Of a stretch of DNA of 64,000 nucleotides, positions 36,953 to 46,882 are shown piece by piece. Where the stretch lies: contig DATHVW010000018.1 in the NCBI GenBank assembly GCA_035461085.1, positions 8,387-72,386 of the forward strand, read 5' to 3'. The notes under the pieces were generated by a model. That model did no database searches. It saw only the letters and a program-made list of their open reading frames with translations, and had not been told where the DNA came from. Numbering within the stretch: position 1 is the first letter of the stretch; each line of letters begins with the position of its first letter. A program made the position numbers and the translations under genes. This DNA comes from Longimicrobiales bacterium (GTDB lineage: Bacteria > Gemmatimonadota > Gemmatimonadetes > Longimicrobiales > RSA9).

Positions 36953-38319
36953 TCCTGGCCGCGGGGCAGACGCTCCGGCATGTCGGCGGCGATGAAGGCG
37001 AGCACCGCGAGTGCGGCGACGCACTCGTTGAACTCGCGCGCGTCCAGCTTGTCGATCGTGTCGGCATCGGAGTGGTGGTACCAGAAGTAGCGCGTGCCGT
37101 CCACGTTCAGGCCCGCCCCGGGTACACCGAGCTCCATGATCGGCCCGATGTCGGCGCCGCCGCCGCCGCGCACCATCTCGCCCGCATCGATGCGCTCCAG
37201 CAGCGACCCGATCTGACGCATCATTGCATAGGCGGAATCGCTGCCGCTGAAGCCGAAGCCGAGCGGCTTGAAGACGCCGGCGTCGGATTCGATCGCGAGC
37301 ACGTGATCATCGAGCTCGTCACGATGCTGATCGCGGTACGCGGTGCCGCCGCGCAGGCCGTTCTCCTCGTTGGTCCAGAGCACGACGCGCACCGTACGGC
37401 GCGGACGCATGCCCAGCTCGTGCATCAGACGGACGGCCTCCCATGCGGCGACCGACCCGCCCGCATCATCCATGGCGCCCTGTCCGACGTCCCACGAATC
37501 GATGTGGCCGCCGAGCACCACCACCTCGTCCGGAAACTCGGTGCCGCGGATCTCCGCGACCACGTTACGCGACTGCGCGTCCGGCAGTGTCCGCGCATTC
37601 ATGACGAGACGCACGACAACACGCTCGCCGCGATCCTGCATGCGATGCAGCTGCATCGCGTCCTCGACGGTGATGGCCGCCGCGGGAATGCGCGGCACGC
37701 TGTCCACGTACGACATCGTACCCGTGTGCGGCGTCTGCATCGAGTACGGTCCCACCGACCGCAGGAGGGACGCGACCGCGCCCGCGCGCGCGGCCGCCAC
37801 CGCGCCGCCGGTGCGGTAGCGCACCGTCTCGCCATAGGTCGTGAACGGCACATCGAACAGCACGATCCGGCCACGGGCATCAGCGGCCCGGCGCTCCAGC
37901 TCCTCGAAGCTGCCCACGACCAGCACCTCGGCCTCGATGCCGCCGGCAGGAGTCGCGACACTGCCGCCCAGCCCCAGCATCGGGAGCACGCGCGGACGCG
38001 GTGACACCAGCTCCGCCGACTCTTCACCCCGCACCCAGTGGGGGACCAGCACGGGCTCGCCGCGCACGTTGGCCAGTCCGTCCGCGCGCATCTCCTCGAT
38101 GATCCAGTCGAGCGCACGCTCGAGACTCTCGCTGCCGCTCAGCCGGTGGCCGAACCGGTCCACCAGTGTGGTCAGCCGCTCGAACGCTGCGCTGTCTCCG
38201 AGGGCGGCATCGATCAGCCGGTCGGCCGGCGCCCGGTAATCCTGCGGGATCGTCTGAGCACGGCACGGGGCGGCGCCGAGCAGAGTCGCTGCGGCAAGGG
38301 CGAGCAGTCGGGTGGTCAT
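36949..38319 (-). CDS. M28 family metallopeptidase with PA domain
   Basis: A signal peptide is present. Zinc-ligand region VVLGGHIDSWDVGQGAMDDAGG and NEENGLRG are present. Confidence 0.88.
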   Translation of the reverse strand: MTTRLLALAAATLLGAAPCRAQTIPQDYRAPADRLIDAALGDSAAFERLTTLVDRFGHRLSGSESLERALDWIIEEMRADGLANVRGEPVLVPHWVRGEESAELVSPRPRVLPMLGLGGSVATPAGGIEAEVLVVGSFEELERRAADARGRIVLFDVPFTTYGETVRYRTGGAVAAARAGAVASLLRSVGPYSMQTPHTGTMSYVDSVPRIPAAAITVEDAMQLHRMQDRGERVVVRLVMNARTLPDAQSRNVVAEIRGTEFPDEVVVLGGHIDSWDVGQGAMDDAGGSVAAWEAVRLMHELGMRPRRTVRVVLWTNEENGLRGGTAYRDQHRDELDDHVLAIESDAGVFKPLGFGFSGSDSAYAMMRQIGSLLERIDAGEMVRGGGGADIGPIMELGVPGAGLNVDGTRYFWYHHSDADTIDKLDAREFNECVAALAVLAFIAADMPERLPRGQE

Positions 38320-38530
38320 GGCATCCCTTTCGTGTTCATCGCGCGGGAATGCTAGAGGCCGCGCGGGCGGGCGGTCAAGGCGGAGCCCATCGAGGAAGCG
38401 AGTGGGACCCGGCCGTGATGCCCGCGGCCAATCTGCAGAATGGGCTCCGCGTCCGATGTCCTTGAGCCGCGGGGCGGCGCGCCCTACCTTCGCTGTCGCC
38501 GGTCTACTCCCCCGTCCATCCAGGATTCAC

Positions 38531-40213
38531 ATGCGTCATCTCGCCGTTACCCTGTTGTCCGTCACGCTCGCGGGATGCGCCGCGGGCACTGTCGAATACG
38601 ACACGATCATCCGCGGCGGCACGATATACGACGGCAGCGGTGGTGCGCCGTTCACGGCGGACATCGGGATCATCGGTGACTCGATAGCGACGATCGGCGA
38701 CCTCGCGGCGGCGCAGGCGCCTCTGATCGTCGATGCCACCGGGCTCGCGGTCGCGCCGGGATTCATCAACATGCTGTCGTGGGCCACCGAGTCGCTGATC
38801 GAGGACGGCCGATCGCAGAGCGGGATCCGGCAGGGCGTGACGCTCGAGATCTTCGGCGAGGGCTCGTCCATGGGGCCGCTGAACGACACGATGAAGGAGC
38901 AGGACCGCGCGGAGCAGGGCGACATCAAGTATGACATCACGTGGACGACGCTCGGCGAGTACCTGGAGCATCTGGAGACGAAGGGCGTCGCCACGAACGT
39001 TGCATCGTTCGTCGGTGCCACGACCGTCCGCATCCACGAGCTGGGCCACGAGGACCGTGAGCCGACCGCCGCGGAGCTCGAGCGGATGCGCGCACTCGTG
39101 CGGCAGGGGATGGAGGAGGGCGCGCTCGGTGTCGGCTCCTCGCTCATCTACGCGCCCGCGTTCTATGCGAAGACGCCGGAGCTGGTGGCGCTCGCCGCGG
39201 AGGCCGGGCGTTTCGGCGGGATGTACATCTCGCACATGCGCAGCGAGGGCAATGCCGTGCTCGAGGCGGTGGACGAGCTGATCACGATCGCGCGCGAAGC
39301 GGATGTGCCCGCGGAGATCTACCACCTCAAGCTGGCCGGCGCAGACAACTGGCCGAAGCTGGACGCAGTGATCGCGAAGATCGATGCTGCGCGGGCGGAA
39401 GGCCTGCACATCACGACGGACATGTACCTCTACACGGCCGGAGCGACGGGGCTCGATGCCGCCATGCCGCCCTGGGTGCAGGAGGGCGGGCTCCAGGAGT
39501 GGAAGAAGCGGCTGCAGGATCCGGCGACGCGCGCGCGTGTCGAACGGGAGATGCGCACGCCGACCGACGCCTGGGAGAGCCTCTACCTGCTGAGCGGCTC
39601 ACCCGAACGCGTGCTGCTGGTCGCGTTCAGGCAGGACTCGCTCAAGTACCTCACCGGCAAGTCGCTCGCCGAGGTCGCCGCCATGAGGGGCGTGTCACCC
39701 GAACAGGCGGCGATGGACCTGGTCGTCGCGGATGACAGCCGCGTCGGTACCGTCTATTTCCTGATGTCCGAGGAAAACGTGAAGCGGCAGATCGCACTGC
39801 CGTACATGAGCTTCGGTTCGGACGCAGGGTCCATGGCCACGGAGGGCGTCTTCCTGCGATCGAATCCGCACCCGCGCGCGTACGGCAACGTCGCGCGGCT
39901 GCTCGGCAAATACGTCCGCGACGAAAACGTCATTCCGCTGGAGGAGGCAGTGCGGAAGCTGACGTCGCTGCCGGCGGCGAACCTGAAGCTGCGCCGGCGC
40001 GGTGCGCTCCAGGTCGGTCACCACGCGGACGTCGTCGTGTTCGATCCGGCGACGATCACGGACCACGCGACGTTCGATCAGCCGCACCAGTACGCGACGG
40101 GTGTGCGGCACGTTTTCGTGAATGGTGTGCAGGTGCTGAAGGATGGTGAGCACACCGGCGCCCTGCCCGGCCGCGTCGTGCGCGGACCGGGCTGGACCGG
40201 TTGGGGCCGGTGA
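38531..40213 (+). CDS. N-acyl-D-amino-acid deacylase (D-aminoacylase) family amidohydrolase
   Basis: Lipoprotein-like signal is present. The family-typical start DTIIRGGTIYDGSG...IGIIGDSIATIG is present, followed by amidohydrolase-fold length and motifs (GFINMLSW, SHMRSEG, GSDA). Confidence 0.85.
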   Translation: MRHLAVTLLSVTLAGCAAGTVEYDTIIRGGTIYDGSGGAPFTADIGIIGDSIATIGDLAAAQAPLIVDATGLAVAPGFINMLSWATESLIEDGRSQSGIRQGVTLEIFGEGSSMGPLNDTMKEQDRAEQGDIKYDITWTTLGEYLEHLETKGVATNVASFVGATTVRIHELGHEDREPTAAELERMRALVRQGMEEGALGVGSSLIYAPAFYAKTPELVALAAEAGRFGGMYISHMRSEGNAVLEAVDELITIAREADVPAEIYHLKLAGADNWPKLDAVIAKIDAARAEGLHITTDMYLYTAGATGLDAAMPPWVQEGGLQEWKKRLQDPATRARVEREMRTPTDAWESLYLLSGSPERVLLVAFRQDSLKYLTGKSLAEVAAMRGVSPEQAAMDLVVADDSRVGTVYFLMSEENVKRQIALPYMSFGSDAGSMATEGVFLRSNPHPRAYGNVARLLGKYVRDENVIPLEEAVRKLTSLPAANLKLRRRGALQVGHHADVVVFDPATITDHATFDQPHQYATGVRHVFVNGVQVLKDGEHTGALPGRVVRGPGWTGWGR

Positions 40214-40217
40214 GGCC

Positions 40218-41108
40218 TCAGCTGCCGAGATGCTCGCGGAAGAACGCCACCGTCATGGGCCAGGCGCGGCGCGTCGCGGCCATGTTGGCGCCGTCGCGGC
40301 CCTGCTGGTCACGCAGGAATCCGTGTCCGGCGCCATCGAACATGTGATACTCGAACGGCTTGCCGAGCGCGTTCATCGCCGAGTCTGCGGGCGGCACGCT
40401 CGCGTTCACACGCGCATCATCACCGCCGTAAAGACCGAGGACGGGCGCGTTGACGCGCGAGAGCATCGCCGTCTCCGGCGATGAGCCGTAGTACACGACC
40501 GCCGCATCGACCGACGACGACTCGATCGCGTGGCGAAACGATGCGGAGCCGCCCCAGCAGAAGCCGACAATGCCGTAGCTGTCCGCTGCCGACGGCTGTG
40601 ACATGCCCCACTCCGCGACGGCCACGAGCTGCGGATGATATGTGGCGGGATCGAGTGTGCGGATCGTGCGCGTCGCCTCCTCGCGGACCGGATCACCGCT
40701 CGTGTCGGTCGGCACGTCGTACGCCGTCATCAGGTCGGGTGCGATGGCGATGAAGCCATCCGCCGCGAGCTGATCAGCCACACCGCGGATCCAGCCGGTC
40801 AGGCCGTAGATCTCGTGGACGACCAGCACCACCGGTGCAGGCGTGCTGCGCTCCGGATACACCACCCACGCACGGATGCTGTCGCCGCCTGCCGCGATCA
40901 TCACCCACTCGCCATGCCGCGGAGACGCGTCGAGACGTGCGGCGGCCTCAGGGGCACCAGGAGGCAAGCCTCGCTCCTGGGTGACGGCGGCCGGCTGCGC
41001 ATCGGCATCTGCTGCGTCCTGCTCCTCACCGGCGGACGTGGTGGAGCAGGCAGTGAGAGCCGCCAGCAGAAGCGGCAATGCGGAGAGGATGCCCCGGCGA
41101 GGTGTCAT
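40218..41108 (-). CDS. Dienelactone hydrolase family protein (secreted)
   Basis: Lipobox LTA-C is present. VVLVVHEIYGLT, the nucleophile region GIVGFCWGG and a C-terminal GAGHGF are present. Confidence 0.85.
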   Translation of the reverse strand: MTPRRGILSALPLLLAALTACSTTSAGEEQDAADADAQPAAVTQERGLPPGAPEAAARLDASPRHGEWVMIAAGGDSIRAWVVYPERSTPAPVVLVVHEIYGLTGWIRGVADQLAADGFIAIAPDLMTAYDVPTDTSGDPVREEATRTIRTLDPATYHPQLVAVAEWGMSQPSAADSYGIVGFCWGGSASFRHAIESSSVDAAVVYYGSSPETAMLSRVNAPVLGLYGGDDARVNASVPPADSAMNALGKPFEYHMFDGAGHGFLRDQQGRDGANMAATRRAWPMTVAFFREHLGS

Positions 41109-41306
41109 TCGAAGCTCCGGCGTGGAAGTTGTCGGGTGTGGGCGGGTATTCTGGCGATGTCGGGGCTGAGGCACCAGAGCGGTGCGGGGAGCACCTGCCG
41201 CGCAACGCACCAGCGCACCGGGCACGCGCGAGCGCACGCGCACGGGCGTGGGTGTCATGCAGATGGCCGGCACGCTGCGATTGCAGCATGCCGGCCGGTA
41301 TGGAGC

Positions 41307-43565
41307 TCAGGCCAGCGTCCCCGCCATGATGCCGGTGATCGTCGTGATGTTTACGATCTCCTGCACCGACGAGAAGTAGTTGAGCGCGTTGATCGGCTTG
41401 TTCATGCCGATCAGGATCGGTCCGATCACCTCGCCGCCGGCGATCCGGTGCACGAGCTTGAGCGAGATGTTACCCGACTGGACGTTCGGGAAGATCAGCA
41501 CGTTCGCATTGCCGCGGATCCGCGAATGCGGGAAGTTCGCGTCCACGATCTCCGGGACGAGCGCTGTGTCGGGCGCCATCTCCCCCTCGACGATCAGGCC
41601 GGGATCGCGCAGGCGCGCAATCTCGGTGGCCCGCGCCATCTTCTGCGCGTAGGGATGATCCACCGAGCCGAAATTGCCGAAGGAGAGCATGGCGACGCGC
41701 GGCTCGACATCGAAGAACCGGCGCGCGACGGCAGCGCAGGCGACCGCGATCTCCGCCAGCTCCTCCGCCGTCGGATCGATGTTGACGGTGGCATCGGCAA
41801 AGAACAGGACGCGGTCCTTCACGATCAGGCAGTACATGCCGGCCACGCGCGTCACCCCCTCGCGCAGCCGCAGTACCTGCAGTGCAGGCCGGATCGTCTC
41901 CGGGTACGAGCGGTTCAGTCCGTGGACCAGACCATCGGCGTCACCCATGTGGACCATCATCACGCCGAGGTAGGCGGAGTCCTGAAGCAGCAGCCGCGCC
42001 GTCTGCGGCGTGACGCCCTTCCGCCCGCGCAGACGATAGAGCTCATCGGCGTACGCCTCGAGGCTGGGCTCCGGGTCGAAGATCTCCACACCACTCAGGT
42101 CGATGCCGAGATCGGTCGCGCGCGCGCCGATCACATCGGCGTCACCGACCAGCACGGGCTGCACGGCATTGTCGTCGATCAGGACCTGGCACGCACGCAG
42201 GATCTTCTCCTCGCCCGACTGCGGCAGCACGATGCGCTTGCGGCCGGCCGTGCGGGCCTTGTGAATGAGCGAGCGCGTGACCTGGTGCGCCTTGCCGAGG
42301 ATGCGCCGCTCCAGGCGGTCGGCATACTCGTCCCAGTCGCTGATCGGCTCCCGCGCAACGCCCGTCTCCACCGCCGCGCGTGCAACGGCAACGGCCTCGC
42401 GCGTCAGCACCCGGGCATCAAACGGCTTCGGGATGATGTACTCGGGCCCGAACGTGAAACGGTCGCCGCCATACGCGTTGATCACCGAGTCCGGCACGTC
42501 CTCCTTCGCCAGCTCTGCCAGTGAACGCGCAGCGGCAATCTTCATCTCCATGTTGATGGCGCGGGCACGCACGTCGAGGGCTCCGCGGAAGATGAACGGG
42601 AAGCCGAGCACGTTGTTGACCTGGTTCGGATAGTCGGACCGCCCCGTGGCCATGATCACGTCGGGACGCGCGGCCTTCGCGGCCTCGTACGTGATCTCCG
42701 GATCGGGGTTGGCCATCGCGAAGACGATCGGGTTCTTCGCCATCGCACGCACCATGTCCTGCGTGACCAGGTCCTTGCTCGAAACGCCCACGAAGATGTC
42801 CGCACCCTCGAGCGCTTCCCCCAGCGTGTGCCGGTCCGTCTTCCGGATGTACTGCGCCTTGTACGGGTTCGATTCCTCGCCACGTCCCTCGTACAGCACA
42901 CCCTTGCTGTCCACCATCAGCACGTTGGCCGGGTCCACGCCGAGCGCCAGGTACATGTTCGCGCACGCGATCCCTGCAGCGCCCGCGCCGGCAAACACCA
43001 CACGCACCTTCGATATGTCGCGCTCCGTCAGCTCCAGTGCGTTCAGCAGAGCAGCGCTGCTGATGATCGCCGTGCCGTGCTGGTCGTCGTGGAATACGGG
43101 AATGTCCATCTGCGCCTGGAGCGATTCCTCGATGTAGAAACACTCCGGTGCCTTGATGTCCTCCAGGTTGATGCCACCGAACGTCGGCTCCAGCAGCTTG
43201 ACGCACCGGATCAGCTCATCCGGGTCCTGCGTGTCGATCTCGATGTCGAAGACGTTCACGTCCGCAAAACGCTTGAACAGGATCGCCTTGCCCTCCATGA
43301 CCGGCTTCCCCGCCAGCGCGCCGATGTTGCCCAGCCCGAGCACCGCCGTCCCGTTCGTCACCACCGCCACCAGATTGCCCCGGCCCGTATAACGGAACGC
43401 GTCCAGCGGGTCCTGCTGGATCTTCAGGCAGGGAATCGCGACGCCCGGCGTATAGGCCAGCGACAGGTCGCGCTGCGTCAGAAATGGCTTGGATGCGACG
43501 ATGTCGAGCTTGCCCGGCCTGCCGCCATCGTGATAGTCGAGGACTTCCCTCTCCCGAATGACCAT
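41307..43565 (-). CDS. maeB: NADP-dependent malic enzyme (malic enzyme fused to PTA-like domain)
   Basis: Malic-enzyme N-terminus is present ([33 protein letters not shown]). A ~330-aa phosphotransacetylase-like C-terminal domain follows. Confidence 0.93.
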   Translation of the reverse strand: MVIREREVLDYHDGGRPGKLDIVASKPFLTQRDLSLAYTPGVAIPCLKIQQDPLDAFRYTGRGNLVAVVTNGTAVLGLGNIGALAGKPVMEGKAILFKRFADVNVFDIEIDTQDPDELIRCVKLLEPTFGGINLEDIKAPECFYIEESLQAQMDIPVFHDDQHGTAIISSAALLNALELTERDISKVRVVFAGAGAAGIACANMYLALGVDPANVLMVDSKGVLYEGRGEESNPYKAQYIRKTDRHTLGEALEGADIFVGVSSKDLVTQDMVRAMAKNPIVFAMANPDPEITYEAAKAARPDVIMATGRSDYPNQVNNVLGFPFIFRGALDVRARAINMEMKIAAARSLAELAKEDVPDSVINAYGGDRFTFGPEYIIPKPFDARVLTREAVAVARAAVETGVAREPISDWDEYADRLERRILGKAHQVTRSLIHKARTAGRKRIVLPQSGEEKILRACQVLIDDNAVQPVLVGDADVIGARATDLGIDLSGVEIFDPEPSLEAYADELYRLRGRKGVTPQTARLLLQDSAYLGVMMVHMGDADGLVHGLNRSYPETIRPALQVLRLREGVTRVAGMYCLIVKDRVLFFADATVNIDPTAEELAEIAVACAAVARRFFDVEPRVAMLSFGNFGSVDHPYAQKMARATEIARLRDPGLIVEGEMAPDTALVPEIVDANFPHSRIRGNANVLIFPNVQSGNISLKLVHRIAGGEVIGPILIGMNKPINALNYFSSVQEIVNITTITGIMAGTLA

Positions 43566-43726
43566 GTGTATCCTCTGTGTGCGTTGTCGGAGCGGTAATG
43601 GCCACTCCCGTTCGCATGCTAGCCGGCATGCGGCGGCGCTACAAGGGCGCGCCATCCGCAAGTGGTGTCAGGAGATTGCCGACGCGGCCGATGGCGATGC
43701 ACCGCATTTTGCGTTAGCATCCGGGC

Positions 43727-44155
43727 ATGCGACGCGTCATTTCGTTTCTCGCCCTGTTCACGCTGCTGCTCGCGCAGTCGGCGCCCGGCCTGTGTACGGC
43801 CGCCGCGGGCCACGTCGGGGCATCCCATGACGCTGGGGCCGGGGCGCACCATGAAGCGCCGGTCGCAATGCATGACGGGCAGGACGCGACGCACGCGCAC
43901 GCAGACGCTCCATCCGGTGCGGCGGCGATGAACGCTCATGCGCACGCGGCATCAGCCGGTGCGGCCCCCGCCCCGGCGGAGCATGACGATTCCTGCCACG
44001 ACGTGACGCGCTGCCACTGGGCGGCAGTACCGGCGGGCGAGGCCGCGGCGAACATCGGTCAGGCCGGGCCGGCCCACCGGATGGCGCTCTCGCACGAGGC
44101 GCTGGATGCGGCCGCAGCGGCACTCCTGACACCACCTCCAAGACTGCACTCCTGA
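43727..44155 (+). CDS. Secreted His-rich hypothetical protein (142 aa)
   Basis: A signal peptide is present. Numerous His residues in HxH/HH contexts plus a CHDVTRCHW motif are present. No known domain was recognised. Confidence 0.55.
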   Translation: MRRVISFLALFTLLLAQSAPGLCTAAAGHVGASHDAGAGAHHEAPVAMHDGQDATHAHADAPSGAAAMNAHAHAASAGAAPAPAEHDDSCHDVTRCHWAAVPAGEAAANIGQAGPAHRMALSHEALDAAAAALLTPPPRLHS

Positions 44156-44231
44156 GCAGACGTGGCGGCCCGTCGAGGGGCGGGCGCCGGAATTGAACTC
44201 ATCAGGAGCAGCAGTAAGCATGTCATACAAC

Positions 44232-45596
44232 ATGAAGCGCGCGGCGCTCGCCGCAGCGCTGCTGGTTAATGCCGTATCCCCGCTGGATCTCGCGGGGCAG
44301 GATATGCCGATGCACGGAGCCGCAGCCGATTCGGCGCAGCAGCCGATGCACGACTACATGTTCAGCAGGCAGCTCGGCTCGGGCTGGCGGCTGCTCGGCA
44401 TGGCGCAGGTCTTTCCCATTCTCAGCACGGGCTTCGGTTCTGGCGCGAGCGACGATGTGACGCAGACGGAGCTGTACGCGACGCAGCCGGCGGTGATGTT
44501 CAACGTGGAGAGTCCGGGCTCGACCGTGGTGCTGCGGACGACGTTGAACTTCGAGGGCGTCACGCAGCCGGACGGCGAGCTGACGTTCGGCGGGTGGGGC
44601 GAGGGGTTCATCGACCGGCGTCATCCGCACACGCTGCTGCACGAGGCGATGCTGAGCGTGAACCTGCGCGAGGTTGCGGGCGGATCGCTGTCGCTGTCTG
44701 CGGGCCGCGGCTTTGCGCCGTACGGCACGGACGACCCGATGGCGCGGCCGGCGGTCAAGTACCCGACGAACCATCACCTGTCGCAGATTCTGGAGCGGTA
44801 CACGCTGAACGTCGCATACCTGAACGGCGGCTGGAGCGTGGAGGCGGGCGCGTTCGATGGCGCGGAGCCGACGGGTCCCTACGACTTCGGCAACTTCAGC
44901 AGCATCAACTCGTGGTCTGCACGCGTGACGCGACGGCTCGGCGGCACGGGAACGACGGCGCCGTGGGAGCTGTCCGCATCGTTCGGCAACGTCGTCGAGA
45001 CGCATGACGACGAGGAGACGGTGACACGGCTCGCGAACGCGTTCGTGCGCCACAATCGGCAGTACGCGTTCGGCACGCTGTACTCGCTGCTCGAAGCTTC
45101 AGTGAGCGACCCGGAGGAGGACGGCGAGGACGGATACTACGCGGTGCTGGGTGAGGTGCAGCTGACGCGCGGCCCGCACGAGCCGTATGCGCGTGTGGAA
45201 GTGTCGACCCGCCCGGAATACGATCGCAGCGGACCCGCAGGAACGGACGGGTTCTTCCGTTACGATCATGACGATCATGCGCATGGCGCGACGCGCTGGG
45301 TCATCACGAGTCTCGGGTACGGCTATACGGCGACGAGTCTGCCGTTCAGCGCCCGCCCGTTCGTGGAGATACAGCACAACAACGCCGCGAACGAGCGTGG
45401 CGATGTGTCCGCGCGGGAGCTGTTCGGCACGACCAGCTTCTTCTCACTGACCGCGGGTCTGCGCCTCTTCATCGGCGGCGGCCCCATGCGCATGGGCTCG
45501 TACGGCGTGCTCGACGCGATGACGGAGCACGGTGCCATGATCGGTCACGACATGGGTGGCGGCATGCCCGAAATGGATCATCAGGGACACCACTGA
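44232..45596 (+). CDS. Putative outer-membrane beta-barrel protein with Met/His-rich termini
   Basis: A signal peptide is present. The mature N-terminus is QDMPMHG...QQPMHDYMF. An amphipathic beta-strand pattern is present. The C-terminal tail is HGAMIGHDMGGGMPEMDHQGHH. Confidence 0.7.
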   Translation: MKRAALAAALLVNAVSPLDLAGQDMPMHGAAADSAQQPMHDYMFSRQLGSGWRLLGMAQVFPILSTGFGSGASDDVTQTELYATQPAVMFNVESPGSTVVLRTTLNFEGVTQPDGELTFGGWGEGFIDRRHPHTLLHEAMLSVNLREVAGGSLSLSAGRGFAPYGTDDPMARPAVKYPTNHHLSQILERYTLNVAYLNGGWSVEAGAFDGAEPTGPYDFGNFSSINSWSARVTRRLGGTGTTAPWELSASFGNVVETHDDEETVTRLANAFVRHNRQYAFGTLYSLLEASVSDPEEDGEDGYYAVLGEVQLTRGPHEPYARVEVSTRPEYDRSGPAGTDGFFRYDHDDHAHGATRWVITSLGYGYTATSLPFSARPFVEIQHNNAANERGDVSARELFGTTSFFSLTAGLRLFIGGGPMRMGSYGVLDAMTEHGAMIGHDMGGGMPEMDHQGHH

Positions 45597-45652
45597 GGCC
45601 GTTCAGCCGTCGCCGATCCTGACCTTCGTTCCACGGCGATGGTTTGCGAGAG

Positions 45653-46882
45653 CTATCCTGCGCCGCGTGCATGCCACGCGGCCAGGACCTCGGCCTCGCG
45701 CTCCGCGGTCAGCGGCCCGCCGACCTCTGCCTGGACGTCCGGTGCGAGCGAGCGGAACCACTCCAGCGTGTCGCGCGCCGTTGTCGCGAGCGGACGGAAC
45801 GTCAGGCCGTCGCCGAGAGCGCGTGCGATGCTGACGCGGGCGAAGCCGGCGTTGTCCGGCCGCGGCGCCACCCAGACGGGCATGTGCGACCAGCCGCGCA
45901 CTTCGAGCTCGGCCAGTGTCTCCGCCGGCACCCAGGTCAGCTTCATGGGCCGGGTGCCGTCGAACGCCGCGCGGATACCGCCCAGCATCTCCGCCATGGT
46001 CAGCTCGCCGGCAGGCCCGGTCGCATTGTAGGTGCCGAACGTCCGCGACTCCGTCATGCGGATCGTCCATTCGGCCAGGTCGCGGGCATCAATGATCTGC
46101 ACGGCGTCGTGGCCCGTCCCCGGTGCCAGCACCTCACCGCCACGATCGATGCGTACGGGCCAGTACGTGAACCGGCCGCTCATGTCGCCGGGGCCCACGA
46201 TCAGGCCCGGCCGGATCACCGTGGTGCGGCCGGGGAACCATTTCTCCGCCTCTCTCTCCGATGCCGCCTTCAGGGGGCCGTACAGCGCGCCCCTGCTCTC
46301 CTGGAACGACTGCATCGTCTCCTTCAGCGGATCATCGCCCTCGTACGCGGCGGTGACCGTCCCCTCGTCCATGCCCGGCCGGCTGGTATCGGAATACACG
46401 GAGATCGTGGAGATGAAGACATACTGCTGCGTCGCATCCTTCAGCACCGTGCCTGCGTCACGCACCCAGAATGGGAGGGTTGTGGGATTGTCGATGACGA
46501 CGTCCCACGTCGTGCCATTGGCTACCTCGCGCTCGAGCGCGGCGAGGCCGTCGGGCGCGTTGCGGTCACCCTGGAGATGAACCACGCCGTCGGGCAGCTC
46601 GGTCTGCCGGCGGCCGCGGTTGAACACGGTCACGTGATGTCCACGCGCGACCGCATAGCGGACCTGGTGTGGGCCGGTGAAGCCGGTACCACCCAGGATG
46701 AGGATGCGCAGTGCACGCGGGGCAAGCGTGTGTTGCGCGTCGCCTGCGGGCGCGGTGGTCGCACCGGTCGCGCTGTCGCCAAACACGGGACTCCCCATGC
46801 CGAGCGCGCCGCCCGCGATGACAGCGCGCTTCACGAATTCACGTCTGTTCGCCACGTCAGTTCTCCTGAGTCGGTGAATCAC
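45653..46882 (-). CDS. NAD(P)-dependent epimerase/dehydratase (SDR) family protein with Tat-type signal
   Basis: Twin-arginine motif NRREFVKRAVIAGGALG is present, followed by a Rossmann motif ILILGGTGFTG. The GTG start overlaps the upstream stop (GTGA). Confidence 0.8.
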   Translation of the reverse strand: MIHRLRRTDVANRREFVKRAVIAGGALGMGSPVFGDSATGATTAPAGDAQHTLAPRALRILILGGTGFTGPHQVRYAVARGHHVTVFNRGRRQTELPDGVVHLQGDRNAPDGLAALEREVANGTTWDVVIDNPTTLPFWVRDAGTVLKDATQQYVFISTISVYSDTSRPGMDEGTVTAAYEGDDPLKETMQSFQESRGALYGPLKAASEREAEKWFPGRTTVIRPGLIVGPGDMSGRFTYWPVRIDRGGEVLAPGTGHDAVQIIDARDLAEWTIRMTESRTFGTYNATGPAGELTMAEMLGGIRAAFDGTRPMKLTWVPAETLAELEVRGWSHMPVWVAPRPDNAGFARVSIARALGDGLTFRPLATTARDTLEWFRSLAPDVQAEVGGPLTAEREAEVLAAWHARGAG

